DNA of 64,000 nt, taken from assembly GCA_963823665.1 (NCBI GenBank), contig CAWGMQ010000003.1, positions 1,216,001 through 1,280,000 on the forward strand, in the 5' to 3' direction. Below the pieces are notes generated by a model. The model had not been told where the DNA came from. It made no database searches and saw nothing but the letters and a program-made list of their open reading frames with translations. A program made the position numbers and the translations under genes. Below are positions 24,624-35,700 of this stretch, one piece after another; the first letter of the stretch is position 1; each line of letters begins with the position of its first letter. The stretch comes from an uncultured Planctomycetota bacterium (GTDB lineage: Bacteria; Planctomycetota; Planctomycetia; Isosphaerales; Isosphaeraceae).

Positions 24624-25730
24624 TCATGGCATCGGCTTCGACCCATCGGAGGCGCCGAGCGGCATCGGGGGCGGGCCGAGCGGCTGAGGCTGCGGCGCGG
24701 CTGACTTCGTCGCCGGGCCCGTCGTCGTCGTGCCGGGGCCTGGCAGCATCGTGTCGACTCCCGGAAACTCCGGCAAGATCGGGTCCGGCATCGCGGGCGA
24801 TTGAGGTCCACTTGGCGGCCCCACCTTGCGATGGAACAGGCTCGGACGATCGTTCGCCTTGGAGCTGCGATCGTCCGGTCCCAGGCCTTGCAGGTTGCGC
24901 GCAGCCCAGATCATGATCAGCTTCTGCATACGCTGATCGCTGTGGGCCACGGGCTGCGTGAAGAAGAACGTTCCCAGCCCCCGCTTCTGCTCCGGCCTGC
25001 AGCCGATCACGACGAGCTGGCCGGGTTCCAGCGTGACACTCGTCGAAAGCTCGCGAATCGTTTCCTCTTGCTGGCCATTGTTGATCTTGAATTCCTGTGG
25101 ACCAATCGCCGCCGCATTGGGCACAGTCTGGAACGTGCGCTGGATCGGGCCGTGGTGAAGCTCCGGAGCCATCCGCAAGGAGACATTGTTCGCTCCCTCG
25201 TGCGTGGCTGTCGTACGGAAGTATCCGCTCACGTCCCTGTAGTCAGAGCCGAGTGCTCGGTTGTCGCGATTCAAGAGAACCGTGGCCTGGTCAACCGGAT
25301 CGCTGATCTTGATCAAGGTGGCCTCGCCGCTTTCGACGAAGATATTCGTCGGGCTCACCTTTTGCTGGGAGGTCGTGTCATTCATGATAGCCTCGAGCTC
25401 GAGCGGGAGCTCGCCGATGATTCTGCCCAGACGCAGGCCGTTGGCTTCCCAGGCCCTGCGCTCCTTGGGCGGTATAATCTGTTCATCGGCCGCCTTCCAC
25501 ACAACCTCGTTGATCGCCCGGTCGCCGAACGAGCGGCTGATGATCGCCACTTTGATCAGGCAGCGCTTCGGTTCGAGAATCTGGCCACTGTGCCCGCCGA
25601 TGCGCACGAAGGTCTTCTGCGGCTGAATGCCGTCCTTGTTGAGCGAACAGCCCAGCACCACGAGCAAGCCCGCCGACGCGGCCCCGAACATGCTCACCAG
25701 TCGAGCCGAAACCCGGCTTTTCGCGTCCAT
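24624..25730 (-). CDS. Hypothetical lipoprotein
   Basis: Lipobox VLGC after a hydrophobic stretch; Pro-rich C-terminus. Confidence 0.65.
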   Translation of the reverse strand: MDAKSRVSARLVSMFGAASAGLLVVLGCSLNKDGIQPQKTFVRIGGHSGQILEPKRCLIKVAIISRSFGDRAINEVVWKAADEQIIPPKERRAWEANGLRLGRIIGELPLELEAIMNDTTSQQKVSPTNIFVESGEATLIKISDPVDQATVLLNRDNRALGSDYRDVSGYFRTTATHEGANNVSLRMAPELHHGPIQRTFQTVPNAAAIGPQEFKINNGQQEETIRELSTSVTLEPGQLVVIGCRPEQKRGLGTFFFTQPVAHSDQRMQKLIMIWAARNLQGLGPDDRSSKANDRPSLFHRKVGPPSGPQSPAMPDPILPEFPGVDTMLPGPGTTTTGPATKSAAPQPQPLGPPPMPLGASDGSKPMP

Positions 25731-25793
25731 GGGGTGGAATCCTTTCCGTGATACCCCGGCGCAAGTCGTCGAACAACGTGGACCGTGTTCTTC

Positions 25794-25852
25794 GTAGCAG
25801 GCACACTCCGTGTGCCGTCCGCCAGTTACGGCACACGGAGTGTGCCGACTCC
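25794..25852. repeat. GTAG-type REP doublet (palindromic)
   Basis: GTAGCAGGCACACTCCGTGTGCCGT...ACGGCACACGGAGTGTGCC inverted pair; same unit at 29474. Confidence 0.8.
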
Positions 25853-26072
25853 ATCGGAACACAAGCCGCTCAAATCGCTTTTTGTTTCAATGGGCTAAGA
25901 TCGGGCCGCAACCATCCTTGGCCGGCCCCCCATCGCGCTCGAAAGGGAATCGCGGCGGAGTTTAGATCGATTTCGGAAACGCGTCAATGCCAAGCGCGTC
26001 GCCGGAAGTCCATTTCCTGCCGTCACTGGCTCCCTCAGGCCGATGACCACGAAATCACGCGAGACATCCGTT

Positions 26073-26369
26073 CTATCCCCCAGCAATCGCCCCCACAACC
26101 AGGTAAGGCTCTGCCCCCGTAACAACCGCCTCCGGCAAGGGCGCATCCGGCGGCTCATGCGAAAGGTCCTCCCCGCACGCGAAGAATCGCAAGAACGGCC
26201 GGCGCTTGAGCGTCGTGTGGTCGCGGATCGTTCCCCGCAGCATGGGGTAGCGGGCTTCGAGCGCGTCCAGCACCGATCGCTGCGTGACCGGCCCTTCGAC
26301 GCTCAAGTGCACCTCACGGTCGACGCGCGCGATGGTTCGCAGATGGGTAGGAAGCTCGACTCGGATCAT
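26073..26369 (-). CDS. MoaD/ThiS-family ubiquitin-like protein
   Basis: [12 protein letters not shown]...C-terminal AIAGG. Confidence 0.9.
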   Translation of the reverse strand: MIRVELPTHLRTIARVDREVHLSVEGPVTQRSVLDALEARYPMLRGTIRDHTTLKRRPFLRFFACGEDLSHEPPDAPLPEAVVTGAEPYLVVGAIAGG

Positions 26370-27481
26370 GGCAGTGTCTGCACTTCGACGGAGAGCACGG
26401 CGGGCAGGTCGCGGACGATCGGTGCCCAACTGTCGCCGGAATCGGCCGAGGCATACACTTGCCCTCCGGTTGTCCCGAAGTAAACGCCGCACGATTCGAG
26501 CGAGTCAACAGCCATCGCGTTCCGCAGCACGTTGACATAACAATCGCGTTGCGGCAGTCCGTTCGTGAGCGGCTCCCACTCATTCCCCCCGCTCTTGCTG
26601 CGAAACACGCGCAGCTTCCCTTCGAGCGGGAAGTGCTCCGAGTCGCTCTTGATCGGGACGACGTAGACAGTATCCGGCTCGTGTGCATGCACGTCGATCG
26701 CAAACCCGAAATCGGTCGGCAAGTCGCCGCTGACTTCGTGCCACGAGTCGCCCGCGTCGTCGCTCCGCATCACGTCCCAGTGCTTCTGCATGAAGAGCAC
26801 GTTCGGCCGCGCCGCGTTCATCGCGATGCGGTGGACGCAGTGGCCGACTTCAGCGTTGGGGTCGGGAATAAACTCTGAACGCAACCCGCGGTTAATAGGC
26901 CGCCAGGTTTTCCCGCCGTCGTCCGTTCGAAAAGCCCCCGCCGCCGAGATCGCAATAAAGATCCGATCGGGATTCTTGGGATCAACGATGATCGTGTGCA
27001 GGCACATGCCCCCCGCGCCCGGCTGCCATCGCGGGCCTGACTCGTGGCCGCGCAGCCCGGGCAGCTCTTGCCATGTGCGCCCGCCATCGGCTGTGCGAAA
27101 CAGCGCCGCGTCCTCCACGCCGGCGTAGACCGCATCCGGATCGCTCTGCGACGGCTCAAGATGCCAGACGCGCTTGAACTCCCACGGGTGCTGCGTGCCG
27201 TCGTACCACTGGTGCGTACCCGGCGTGCCCTCGTATTTGAACTCGTTGCCGACGGCTTCCCACGTCTTGCCGCCGTCGTTCGATCGCTGCATCATCTGGC
27301 CGAACCAGCCGCTGGATTGCGATGCATACAGCCGATCCGGGTCGGCAGGCGAGCCCTTCAGGTGGTAGATTTCCCACCCGGCGAAGTGCGGGCCGCTGAT
27401 CTCCCAGTTCTTGCGCGTGGCGTCTGAAGTGCACACAAACGCGCCCTTGCGCGTGCCGACCAGGACTCGTACCCCGCTCAT
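26366..27481 (-). CDS. BNR/Asp-box beta-propeller protein (sialidase-like)
   Basis: Repeated RSxDGGxTW Asp boxes; VGTRKG start; overlaps the moaD-like gene. Confidence 0.85.
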   Translation of the reverse strand: MSGVRVLVGTRKGAFVCTSDATRKNWEISGPHFAGWEIYHLKGSPADPDRLYASQSSGWFGQMMQRSNDGGKTWEAVGNEFKYEGTPGTHQWYDGTQHPWEFKRVWHLEPSQSDPDAVYAGVEDAALFRTADGGRTWQELPGLRGHESGPRWQPGAGGMCLHTIIVDPKNPDRIFIAISAAGAFRTDDGGKTWRPINRGLRSEFIPDPNAEVGHCVHRIAMNAARPNVLFMQKHWDVMRSDDAGDSWHEVSGDLPTDFGFAIDVHAHEPDTVYVVPIKSDSEHFPLEGKLRVFRSKSGGNEWEPLTNGLPQRDCYVNVLRNAMAVDSLESCGVYFGTTGGQVYASADSGDSWAPIVRDLPAVLSVEVQTLP

Positions 27482-27568
27482 TCCTCCATCCCTCCCGATC
27501 AAACAATGACGCTGGTTCTCACCTCATACAATTGCTAATTCTATCACCGCGACGGCCCGCCGCTCAGG

Positions 27569-27928
27569 CTATTGCGACGGCAGGCCCGCTACCTCCATCA
27601 CCGGCCGGATCTCCACTGTGCCGTGCCGCGCGCCGGGAAGGCGTGCGGCAATTCCGATCGCCGCGTCGAGATCCTTGGCTTCGATCAGGAAGTAGCCGCC
27701 GAGCTGCTCGCGCGTCTCGGCGAACGGTCCATCAGTCACCAGCCGATCGCCGTCGCGCACCCGAACGCTCGTCGCTGTCGAGGTGGGATGCAGGGGGTTG
27801 CAGCCCAGGTACTGCCCGTTGGCGTGAAGGTCTTGTGCGCACTGAGCCGACTCGACGTAACAATTCTGGCGCTCGGCATCAGTCATCGCGTGAAGCTCAT
27901 CCATGTAAATCAGGAGCAGGTACTTCAT
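27569..27928 (-). CDS. YciI/DGPF-family protein
   Basis: MKYLLLIY, TDGPFAETREQLGGY, VEIRPV. Confidence 0.9.
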   Translation of the reverse strand: MKYLLLIYMDELHAMTDAERQNCYVESAQCAQDLHANGQYLGCNPLHPTSTATSVRVRDGDRLVTDGPFAETREQLGGYFLIEAKDLDAAIGIAARLPGARHGTVEIRPVMEVAGLPSQ

Positions 27929-28131
27929 GACCATTGGTTCTCCGATACGGTCGCGAAATGCGACTTTGCCGCACGGTTGGTTTGTTCCACTTCGTTGAAG
28001 AGGATCGCCAGGGCCGACATGAGGGCCGCACCGGGCCGCTCGGTCGCGCAGATGAAGCTGGCGAGCGGCTCGACGACTCGCTCCAGGTTGCTTTCAGGCG
28101 TCCAATGCGTTGCACGATTGATCTTAGTCAT
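27925..28131 (-). CDS. Small hypothetical protein
   Basis: 68-aa ORF with GGAG upstream; stop overlaps the yciI-like start. Confidence 0.4.
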   Translation of the reverse strand: MTKINRATHWTPESNLERVVEPLASFICATERPGAALMSALAILFNEVEQTNRAAKSHFATVSENQWS

Positions 28132-28229
28132 CGGATGTCTCCGTGCAGAAGGTGGTTGTTGTTACGCCAGTAAGTCGATCCGGAAACGCCCGGATCGACA
28201 CCCCGGCCGCGATTTTCTTACCATAGAGC

Positions 28230-29477
28230 ATGCGCACCAATATCGACACGACGATCGAGGCAGTCTATCGCTCCGATTGGGGCCGGATCGTCGCCACCCT
28301 CATCCGTAGTTTCGGTGACTTTGACCTGGCCGAAGAGACGGCGCAGGAAGCATTTGCAGCCGCATTAGATCAATGGAGAGTTTCCGGCATCCCCGAGTCG
28401 CCCGCCGCCTGGATCATCCAGACCGCGCGGCACAAGGCCGTCGACCGCATCCGGCGCCGCGCACATTTCGACCAGATCGTCAAATCTCAAGTCGCCAGCG
28501 GTTCGATTCCAACCGAGGAGGAGCCGGACTACACCACAACCGAGATCCCCGACGATCGCCTTCGCCTGATCTTCACCTGCTGCCACCCTGCCCTCGCAAA
28601 CGAATCACAGGTCGCGCTCACGCTCCGCACCCTCGGTGGCCTTGAAACCGACGAGATCGCGCGAGCGTTCGTGGTGCCCACCGCCACGATGGCCCAGCGC
28701 CTCGTGCGTGCCAAGCGCAAGATCCGCGAGGCCGGCATCCCGTTCTCCGTGCCCGACGCCGAAGACATGCCGGCGCGCCTGGACGCCGTGTTGACGGTCA
28801 TCTACTTGATCTTCAACGAGGGCTACACCGCCACCCGCGGCCAGGCGCTGGTACGAACCGATCTCTGCACGGAGGCTATCCGTCTTGGTCGTCTCGTGAA
28901 CACGCTCCTGGCGCCGGCGCCGCCCGCTGAGGCGACAGGCTTGCTCGCGCTGATGCTGCTCCACGACTCCAGACGCGCCGCCCGCTTCGACTCAGCCGGC
29001 GATTTGATCCTCCTCGAAGATCAGGATCGCAGCCTCTGGGATCACGAACAAATCGCCCAGGCCTTCCCGCTCGTGCAGGAGGCCATTCGCGGCGGCGCGC
29101 GTCCGTTCGCGCTGCAGGCGGCAATCGCCGCCCTGCACTGCCAGGCCGAACGCTCCGAGGATACCGACTGGCCGCAAATCCTCAGGCTCTACGACCTGCT
29201 CGAGCGCATCCAGCCCTCACCCATCGTTTCGCTCAACCGCGCCGTCGCACTCGCGATGGTTGAAGGCCCTCAGCCGGCGCTGGCACTCGTCGATGCACTC
29301 GCCGCGACCGGCGTTCTCGACCGCTATCACCTCCTGCACGCCGCCCGCGCCGATCTGCTCCGCCGCATCGGATCCGCGGAAGCTGCGGCCCGGAGCTACG
29401 AACAAGCACTCGCGCTCGCAACCAATGACAGCGAGCGACGATTCCTCGAGCGGCGCCTGCGCGAAGTCCAGTCGTAG
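28230..29477 (+). CDS. ECF sigma factor with C-terminal TPR-like extension (ECF42-type)
   Basis: DDRLRLIFTCCHPAL, YLIFNEGY, LQAAIAALH; divergent from a DGPF gene, the known ECF42 context. Confidence 0.9.
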   Translation: MRTNIDTTIEAVYRSDWGRIVATLIRSFGDFDLAEETAQEAFAAALDQWRVSGIPESPAAWIIQTARHKAVDRIRRRAHFDQIVKSQVASGSIPTEEEPDYTTTEIPDDRLRLIFTCCHPALANESQVALTLRTLGGLETDEIARAFVVPTATMAQRLVRAKRKIREAGIPFSVPDAEDMPARLDAVLTVIYLIFNEGYTATRGQALVRTDLCTEAIRLGRLVNTLLAPAPPAEATGLLALMLLHDSRRAARFDSAGDLILLEDQDRSLWDHEQIAQAFPLVQEAIRGGARPFALQAAIAALHCQAERSEDTDWPQILRLYDLLERIQPSPIVSLNRAVALAMVEGPQPALALVDALAATGVLDRYHLLHAARADLLRRIGSAEAAARSYEQALALATNDSERRFLERRLREVQS

Positions 29478-29532
29478 CAGGCACACTCCGTGTGCCGTCC
29501 GCCGGTGAACACGCGCGATGTGCACCGACTAC
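29474..29532. repeat. GTAG-type REP element (second arm degenerate); supplies the sigma factor stop codon
   Basis: GTAGCAGGCACACTCCGTGTGCCGTCCGCC identical to the 25794 copy. Confidence 0.75.
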
Positions 29533-30866
29533 TAGAGCCCTGCCTGCCACAATGCGCGCAGCCGTGTCAGCCGCGCGACAATCTCGGGCCGCCCAGCCGC
29601 AAGATTCGTCTTCTCCGATGGATCTTCCCTCAAATTGACCAGGTACGCCCCGCGGATCACCTTTCCCGGGGAGCGCTCGGTTGTGTCTTCGACGTCGAAC
29701 ATGAGCTTCCAGTCCCCCTCGCGCACGGCCCAGCTCTTGCCAATCTGCCAGTGCAGTACGGCATGCGGAGACGGAACCCGTCCGTCCTTGATGACCGCTA
29801 CCAAGCTCTTGCCATCAAGCATCACCTCCGGCACTTTCACGCCGCATAGTTCGGCAATCGTCGGCAACCAATCACAACCGTAACCCACCTGCGGCCGAAC
29901 CTCATTCTCGGGCAGCCGGCCCGACCAGCTTATGATCGCGGGCACGCGAATGCCCCCCTCGAACAGGCTGAACTTGGCGCCGCGATAGATGCCCGCGCTC
30001 CCGCCTCCCCAGAAAGAGCGTTCTTCCGTCGAGTGGCCGTGATCGGACTGAACGATCACAACCGTGCGCTCCCGCAAGCCGAGCGAGTCAACCTTCGCCA
30101 GCAGCTTGCCGATCCGCTCGTCCATCGTCCGCAGAAACGCCGCGTACAGATTACGCGGATGTTTGAGCGCGGCATAACGCGTGAGCCACTCGGGGTCGCC
30201 CTGCAATGGGTAATGAGGAGCGTTGATGGCGAAGTACAGGAAGAACGGCCGGTCTCGATTCCGTTCGAGAAAGGCGCCTGCTTCCTCGACCATCAGATCG
30301 CCGAAAAATCGCCCGGGCAACTGGACCTCCCGGCCGTCACGAAACAGGTCGTGCCGGTTCGGACCGCCCCAGTAAACAAAATGTGAATAATTGTCGATAC
30401 AACCACCCAAGTGGCCGAACGCGAAGTCGAAGCCCTGCCCCGCGGGCATCGTTTCCAGGCTGAAGCCGAGGTGCCACTTACCGACCAGGCCGGTAGCGTA
30501 CCCCGCCGACTTGAGCATCTCGGCAAGCGTGATCTCCCGCCCCGGCATTCCGGCAACACCCGCGTCGGCCGAGGCATTCGAAGGCATTCCGGCACGGAAC
30601 GGATGACGGCCGGTGAGCAGCCCCGCACGCGACGGCGAACAGACCGGTGCTGCAGCATAGAACTGACTGAATCGAACGCCGCGCTTCGCGAGGGCATCAA
30701 GATGCGGCGTTTCGACATCAGTCGCGCCCGCGGCCCCCAGGTCCGCGGTCCCCTGGTCGTCCGTCATGATCACGATCACGTTCGGCCGCTCCTCCGCGAC
30801 CGCCGCCGCAGCCGAGACTACGCTCAAGAAGATCGCGGCAATCAAGACGCGGATTGCATCACTCAT
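29532..30866 (-). CDS. Formylglycine-dependent sulfatase (S1)
   Basis: PNVIVIMTDD, CSPSRAGLLTG, GKWHLG. Confidence 0.95.
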   Translation of the reverse strand: MSDAIRVLIAAIFLSVVSAAAAVAEERPNVIVIMTDDQGTADLGAAGATDVETPHLDALAKRGVRFSQFYAAAPVCSPSRAGLLTGRHPFRAGMPSNASADAGVAGMPGREITLAEMLKSAGYATGLVGKWHLGFSLETMPAGQGFDFAFGHLGGCIDNYSHFVYWGGPNRHDLFRDGREVQLPGRFFGDLMVEEAGAFLERNRDRPFFLYFAINAPHYPLQGDPEWLTRYAALKHPRNLYAAFLRTMDERIGKLLAKVDSLGLRERTVVIVQSDHGHSTEERSFWGGGSAGIYRGAKFSLFEGGIRVPAIISWSGRLPENEVRPQVGYGCDWLPTIAELCGVKVPEVMLDGKSLVAVIKDGRVPSPHAVLHWQIGKSWAVREGDWKLMFDVEDTTERSPGKVIRGAYLVNLREDPSEKTNLAAGRPEIVARLTRLRALWQAGL

Positions 30867-31065
30867 TGAACGGTTTCCGGTGCCCCGTGTTCGCCTGTCG
30901 ACCCCGTCGAAGTCGGTGTGACTGGAACAATCTGCACAATCGTTTGAGTTTCTCATCGAGCGGGACGATCTGATAAAGGGAGTGCCGATCGCGCTCGGCG
31001 ATCTGCGTCGCGCCATCCACCCAACGACACGCAAGGTGGGCTCCCGGGCCGTCGAGGGTGAGGTC

Positions 31066-32364
31066 ATGGCCGGTCGGAAGGCTTCATACTCCCTGTCGAC
31101 GCGGCTCTTTGCAACGATGCTGATGTTGCTACCCCTCCTCTCGGGCTGCGTCCTCGGCCCGACTGCCCTGCGAAAAACCCACGGGCGCTATCACGACGCA
31201 GTGAAGCAGGTGCAGGATGAGGCGCTCCTGCGCAACCTGGTCCGGCTCCGCTATACCGAAGCGCTCAGCACGCTGGATATCGCCTCGATCACCGCGCAGT
31301 TCGAGGCCGATGCCAGCGCCGAGGCGAGGCCCTTCTTCGGCACCCCGAATCCGGCCGGTACCAATATCTTCAGGACCTTCACGAAGGTCTTGCCCGATGT
31401 CCTCGTGAGCGGCGCCGACCGGCCGACCATTTCGCTCCAGCCATCGGATGAATCACAAGAAATCAATCGTTTCCTCAAGCGATTGAATGCAGAGAACTTC
31501 GCATTTTTCGTCGAGAGCGGGATCTCGCCGACCACGCTGGCAATGCTCTGGTTCGATGCCGTCAACCGCGTCAACAACGCACCGGCCGTGCGCAAAGCGA
31601 ACCTGCTCGACGCCGAGATCCGCGACTTTGCCGCATTTCGTCGGGCTATCGAACTGCTCGACGAGCTCGAACGGAACAAGATCGTCCAGTTCGTCGTGCG
31701 CGAGCCCTTTCGACCACTCGGCCGCCCTGTCGCCGCTGAGCGGGTTTCGCAGTCCGATCTGCTCGAGGCCGCCAAGGAAGGGATGGAGTATCAGGACGGC
31801 CCGAGCCCGGGAACACTCGCGCTGTCGCGGCGACAGCGAAGCCTGCAGCTCAAGATCAATCACCTGGCGCTCGCGTGCCCGCAGCTTCTGGAATTCTGCC
31901 ACCTGCTGAACCTCGAGCCTGGCCTGTCGGAGTATGAGTTGATCGTGGGCGAGGCCGACCCGTTCCCGGAATCCGTTCCGCCCGCGCCCCGCAGGCAGAT
32001 CATCCTCGAGCCGCGCTCGACGTTCGAGGCGCTCATCTTCATGTCCCACGGTGTTACGGTTCCGCCAGAACATCTCGAACAGGGTCTGGTCCGCCAGACC
32101 GAGCTACCCGACGGCCAGCTCTTCGATTGGTCCGAGCTCACCCGCGGAGTCTTCCAGGTGCAGCACGTCAGGCAACATCATCGCCCCGAGCATGCATACG
32201 TGGCTGTGTGGTATCGAGACTGCTGGTTCTACATCGACGATCGCGACCACAACAGCAAGATGGCCTTCAACCAGGTCTACCACCTCTCGCGGCTCGACCT
32301 CGCAATCCCCGGCGCCCGGCTGGAGCGAACGCGACCCGTGTTGACCCTCCCCCTCGGCCGCTGA
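31066..32364 (+). CDS. Hypothetical lipoprotein
   Basis: Lipobox LSGC; long ORF with LRNLVRLRY and WFYIDDRD..SK. Confidence 0.75.
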   Translation: MAGRKASYSLSTRLFATMLMLLPLLSGCVLGPTALRKTHGRYHDAVKQVQDEALLRNLVRLRYTEALSTLDIASITAQFEADASAEARPFFGTPNPAGTNIFRTFTKVLPDVLVSGADRPTISLQPSDESQEINRFLKRLNAENFAFFVESGISPTTLAMLWFDAVNRVNNAPAVRKANLLDAEIRDFAAFRRAIELLDELERNKIVQFVVREPFRPLGRPVAAERVSQSDLLEAAKEGMEYQDGPSPGTLALSRRQRSLQLKINHLALACPQLLEFCHLLNLEPGLSEYELIVGEADPFPESVPPAPRRQIILEPRSTFEALIFMSHGVTVPPEHLEQGLVRQTELPDGQLFDWSELTRGVFQVQHVRQHHRPEHAYVAVWYRDCWFYIDDRDHNSKMAFNQVYHLSRLDLAIPGARLERTRPVLTLPLGR

Positions 32365-32794
32365 CCGTCACGCCGGCAACGCCACGCCCGTACGTTGACG
32401 GGCTGCGAGGCGCGGGTCTCCCCGACTCCACCCCTGACCAGACGGAAGTCGTCACTCTACCCACTCCGGCACTCGATGCGAGCCCGCTCGTAACAGCCGC
32501 GCCCGCGACCTCCGAAGCTTTTCGGACCTCCCAGGAACAACCGACATCAAAAAGCACGTTGGCCAATTGCAGCGAAGGCCGCAACTGATTAAGCTCATTG
32601 ATGAAGCTGTGAACGATGGCATGCACCGCTGACCTCGGCGTTTTCCGAGCGCTTGGAACGTTCACCACCGACCGAGCCAGAATCTCCACTGTAGGAGATA
32701 GTTCAACGATCCACGTATGGCGGCAAGGTCGGGCCGAGCAACGTCCATCCAGAATCGATGATGATAAACACTCGCGCGTAGTGAAGCCTCCCGC

Positions 32795-35700
32795 GTGGTC
32801 GTCTCCGCGGCGGAGGCCAGCAGTAAAGGAAGCTTTGAGCCGGGCACCAGAGGATTGCGTGAAAACGGCGGACAGACGTCGTTCTCCCGGCTCTCCGCAT
32901 ATGTCGCGTGCTCGTCATCCGCTGGCGATTTGAACCCGGTCGTTGCGGATCTGGTCGAGCAGATGACGCAAGCCCTTCAGGATGGGAAGCCGGTCGACGT
33001 CGACGCGGTGGCCGCGCAGTACCCGGACCACGCCCAGACGATCCGCCGCCTCTTCCCGGCACTTCGCCAGCTCGCCGGCCTGCGGAACGTCGGGAGCTCG
33101 GGCAAGCCCATCGCTCTACCTCCCGCCCGGCACTCGATCCAGGCCGGACGACGGCTGGGTGACTTCCAGTTGATTGGGGAGCTGGGCCGAGGAGGGATGG
33201 GGGTTGTCTTCGAGGCGGTCCAGGAATCACTCGGGCGACGGGTCGCGCTCAAGATCCTCCCGACCGCTGCGACCCTCGACTCACGGGCGAGGCAGCGGTT
33301 CCAGATCGAAGCACAGGCCGCGGCGTGCCTCCAGCACCCGAACATCGTGCCGGTCTACGCCGTCGACTTGGCCGACGACATCCCGTACTACGCGATGCAG
33401 CTCGTCGAGGGAATGAGCCTGGCCGAACTGATCGTGAACCTCCTCCGGCTTGCCGGGTCAGACGCTCAAGAGGAGCCGGTTGAGATCGCTGACGGATCGA
33501 TTGACCCGCTGCTATCCCGCCTCCTGTTTGATCGGTTCGATCCCACTGGGGAGGCGGTCAGGAGCCATTCAGCCGAGTCCTCGCAGCGAGACGGCCGGGG
33601 GAAACCGGCCGCGCCCGCCCCGCCGCTGGCGGGCTGGCTGTCCGGCGTCACCGTGGTGCGTTCGGTCCGTTCTTCGCCCTACTTCCGGTCAGTGGCGCGG
33701 TTGGGAGTCCAGGCCGCTCTGGCGCTCGAGTACGCCCACGGCCAGGGGATCGTGCATCGCGACGTCAAGCCGGCAAACCTGCTCATCGACCGCCGCGGGT
33801 GCCTCTGGGTCACCGACTTTGGCCTGGCAAGACTGCCGGCTGAGAGCGGGTTGACGCGTACCGGGGAGCTAGTCGGTACGGATCGCTATATGAGCCCCGA
33901 GCAGGCCGCCGGAAACCAGGCCCTGATCGATCGCCGCACCGACATTTACTCGCTGGGGGCAACGCTGTACGAGCTGCTCACCCTTCAGCCGGCTTACGGA
34001 GCACGAAACCCACACCAGATTCTCCGCCAGATCGCCGAGGCCGACCCTGTCCCGATCCGGACTATCAATCCGGCGGTGCCGACCGATCTGGTAACGGTCG
34101 TGGCCAAGGCGATGGCCAGGGACCCGTCGGCCCGTTATCTCACGGCCCAGCATCTGGCCGACGATCTCAACCGATTCCTCGAAGGCCGGCCGGTCGCGGC
34201 GCGGCCGACTCCGTCCTGGGTGCGAGCGATGAAGTCGGCGCGGCGCCGGCCGGTGCTCACGGCGCTGTTGCTGCTCGTCCAGCTTCTCGTTTCGGCGCTC
34301 GTCGTGCTGGGTGTCTGGTCCTACAGACGAATCAGCCGCGAGGCCGACGCGGTCCGGCGATTCGCCAGCTCGGAGTCGCTTGCCCGCGTCACATCGCAAC
34401 GCACCTCGGCCGCGCTGGCGCTCGACCGCGGCATCGCGCTGGCCGAGCGCCAGCAGATCGGCCGCGGACTGCTCTGGATGCTTCGGAGCATGGAATCGGC
34501 CCCGGTGGAGGCTGGCGATCTCCGGCGCGTCGCCGCGGCCAACCTCGTCTCGTGGGGCGAGCGAGCGTCCTTGCCGTGCGCGATCCTGCCATGCACGGCA
34601 CCGATCTCGGCGCTGGCTTTGAGCCCCGATGGCCGGACCGTCGCCACCGGCGACGACGACGGAATCCTCACGCTCTGGGATGCGGACTCCGGTCATCGGA
34701 TCGACTCGGCCCGCGCGCCGGATGCCCGGTTCGCCGGGATCGAGTTCCACCCGGGCGGCAGCCTGCTGGCGACATCGGGCTCAAGCGGAATCGCACGCCT
34801 CTGGGACGTGCGGCCTCTGCGCCCTCGGGGCGACCCCATGCCCCTGACCACCAGGGTCGTCAATCGCATCGGCTTCGATCCGCTGGGCCGCTCATTCCTG
34901 ACCGCGAGCTTCGATGGAATCGTTTACTTTCGCGACGTGCAGACAGGTCGTCCGTTCGGCCCACGCCTGGATACGCACGACAGGACATCGAATACTCTTC
35001 TGGGCGCGACGTTCCGCCCCGACGGTGCCCGGATCCTCACCTATGGCCGCGACGGCCGCGCGCAACTCTGGGACACGGCTACCGGCCAGCGGCTCTTCGA
35101 CCCGCTCGTCCACGACGGCGGTGTGGTGTCCGCGAGTTTCCGGCCGGACGGCAGACGGATCGCGACAGCACGCGACAATGGGACGGAGGGGCGTGTCACC
35201 GTCTGGGAAGCCGACACCGGCCGGGTCGTCGCCCAGTCGGAGCGGTTGCCAGGTGGCTTGTTCGCGGTCGCCTTTCACCCTGACGGGCGAGTGATCGCCG
35301 CCGGAGGCCGCGACGGAGGCGTTCGTCTGCTCGATGCCGAGACCGGCCAGGCTCGCGGCTGGCCCATGACCGAAGGCGGAGTCGTCAATCGCTTCGCGTT
35401 CAGTCCCGACGGCCGGCTTCTGGCCACCGGCAGCGTCGACGGCACGGTCTGGTTCTTCGACGCGTGGACTGGCCGCCCTCTCGGGGCGACCCCTGACCAC
35501 GGCGGCGAGATCTCCGGCCTGAGCTTCCGCGCCGACGGCCGGAGGCTCTTTACCGCCAGCCGCGACGGCTCGGCGCGGGTGTGGGACCTCACGCCGATCA
35601 CCGATCCCGGTCGAGGCATCCCCTTGGCATCCAACGCCCAGACGGCGGACCAGAGCCCCGACGGCCGGTTGCTGGCCACCGACGGCATCGACGGCGCGGC

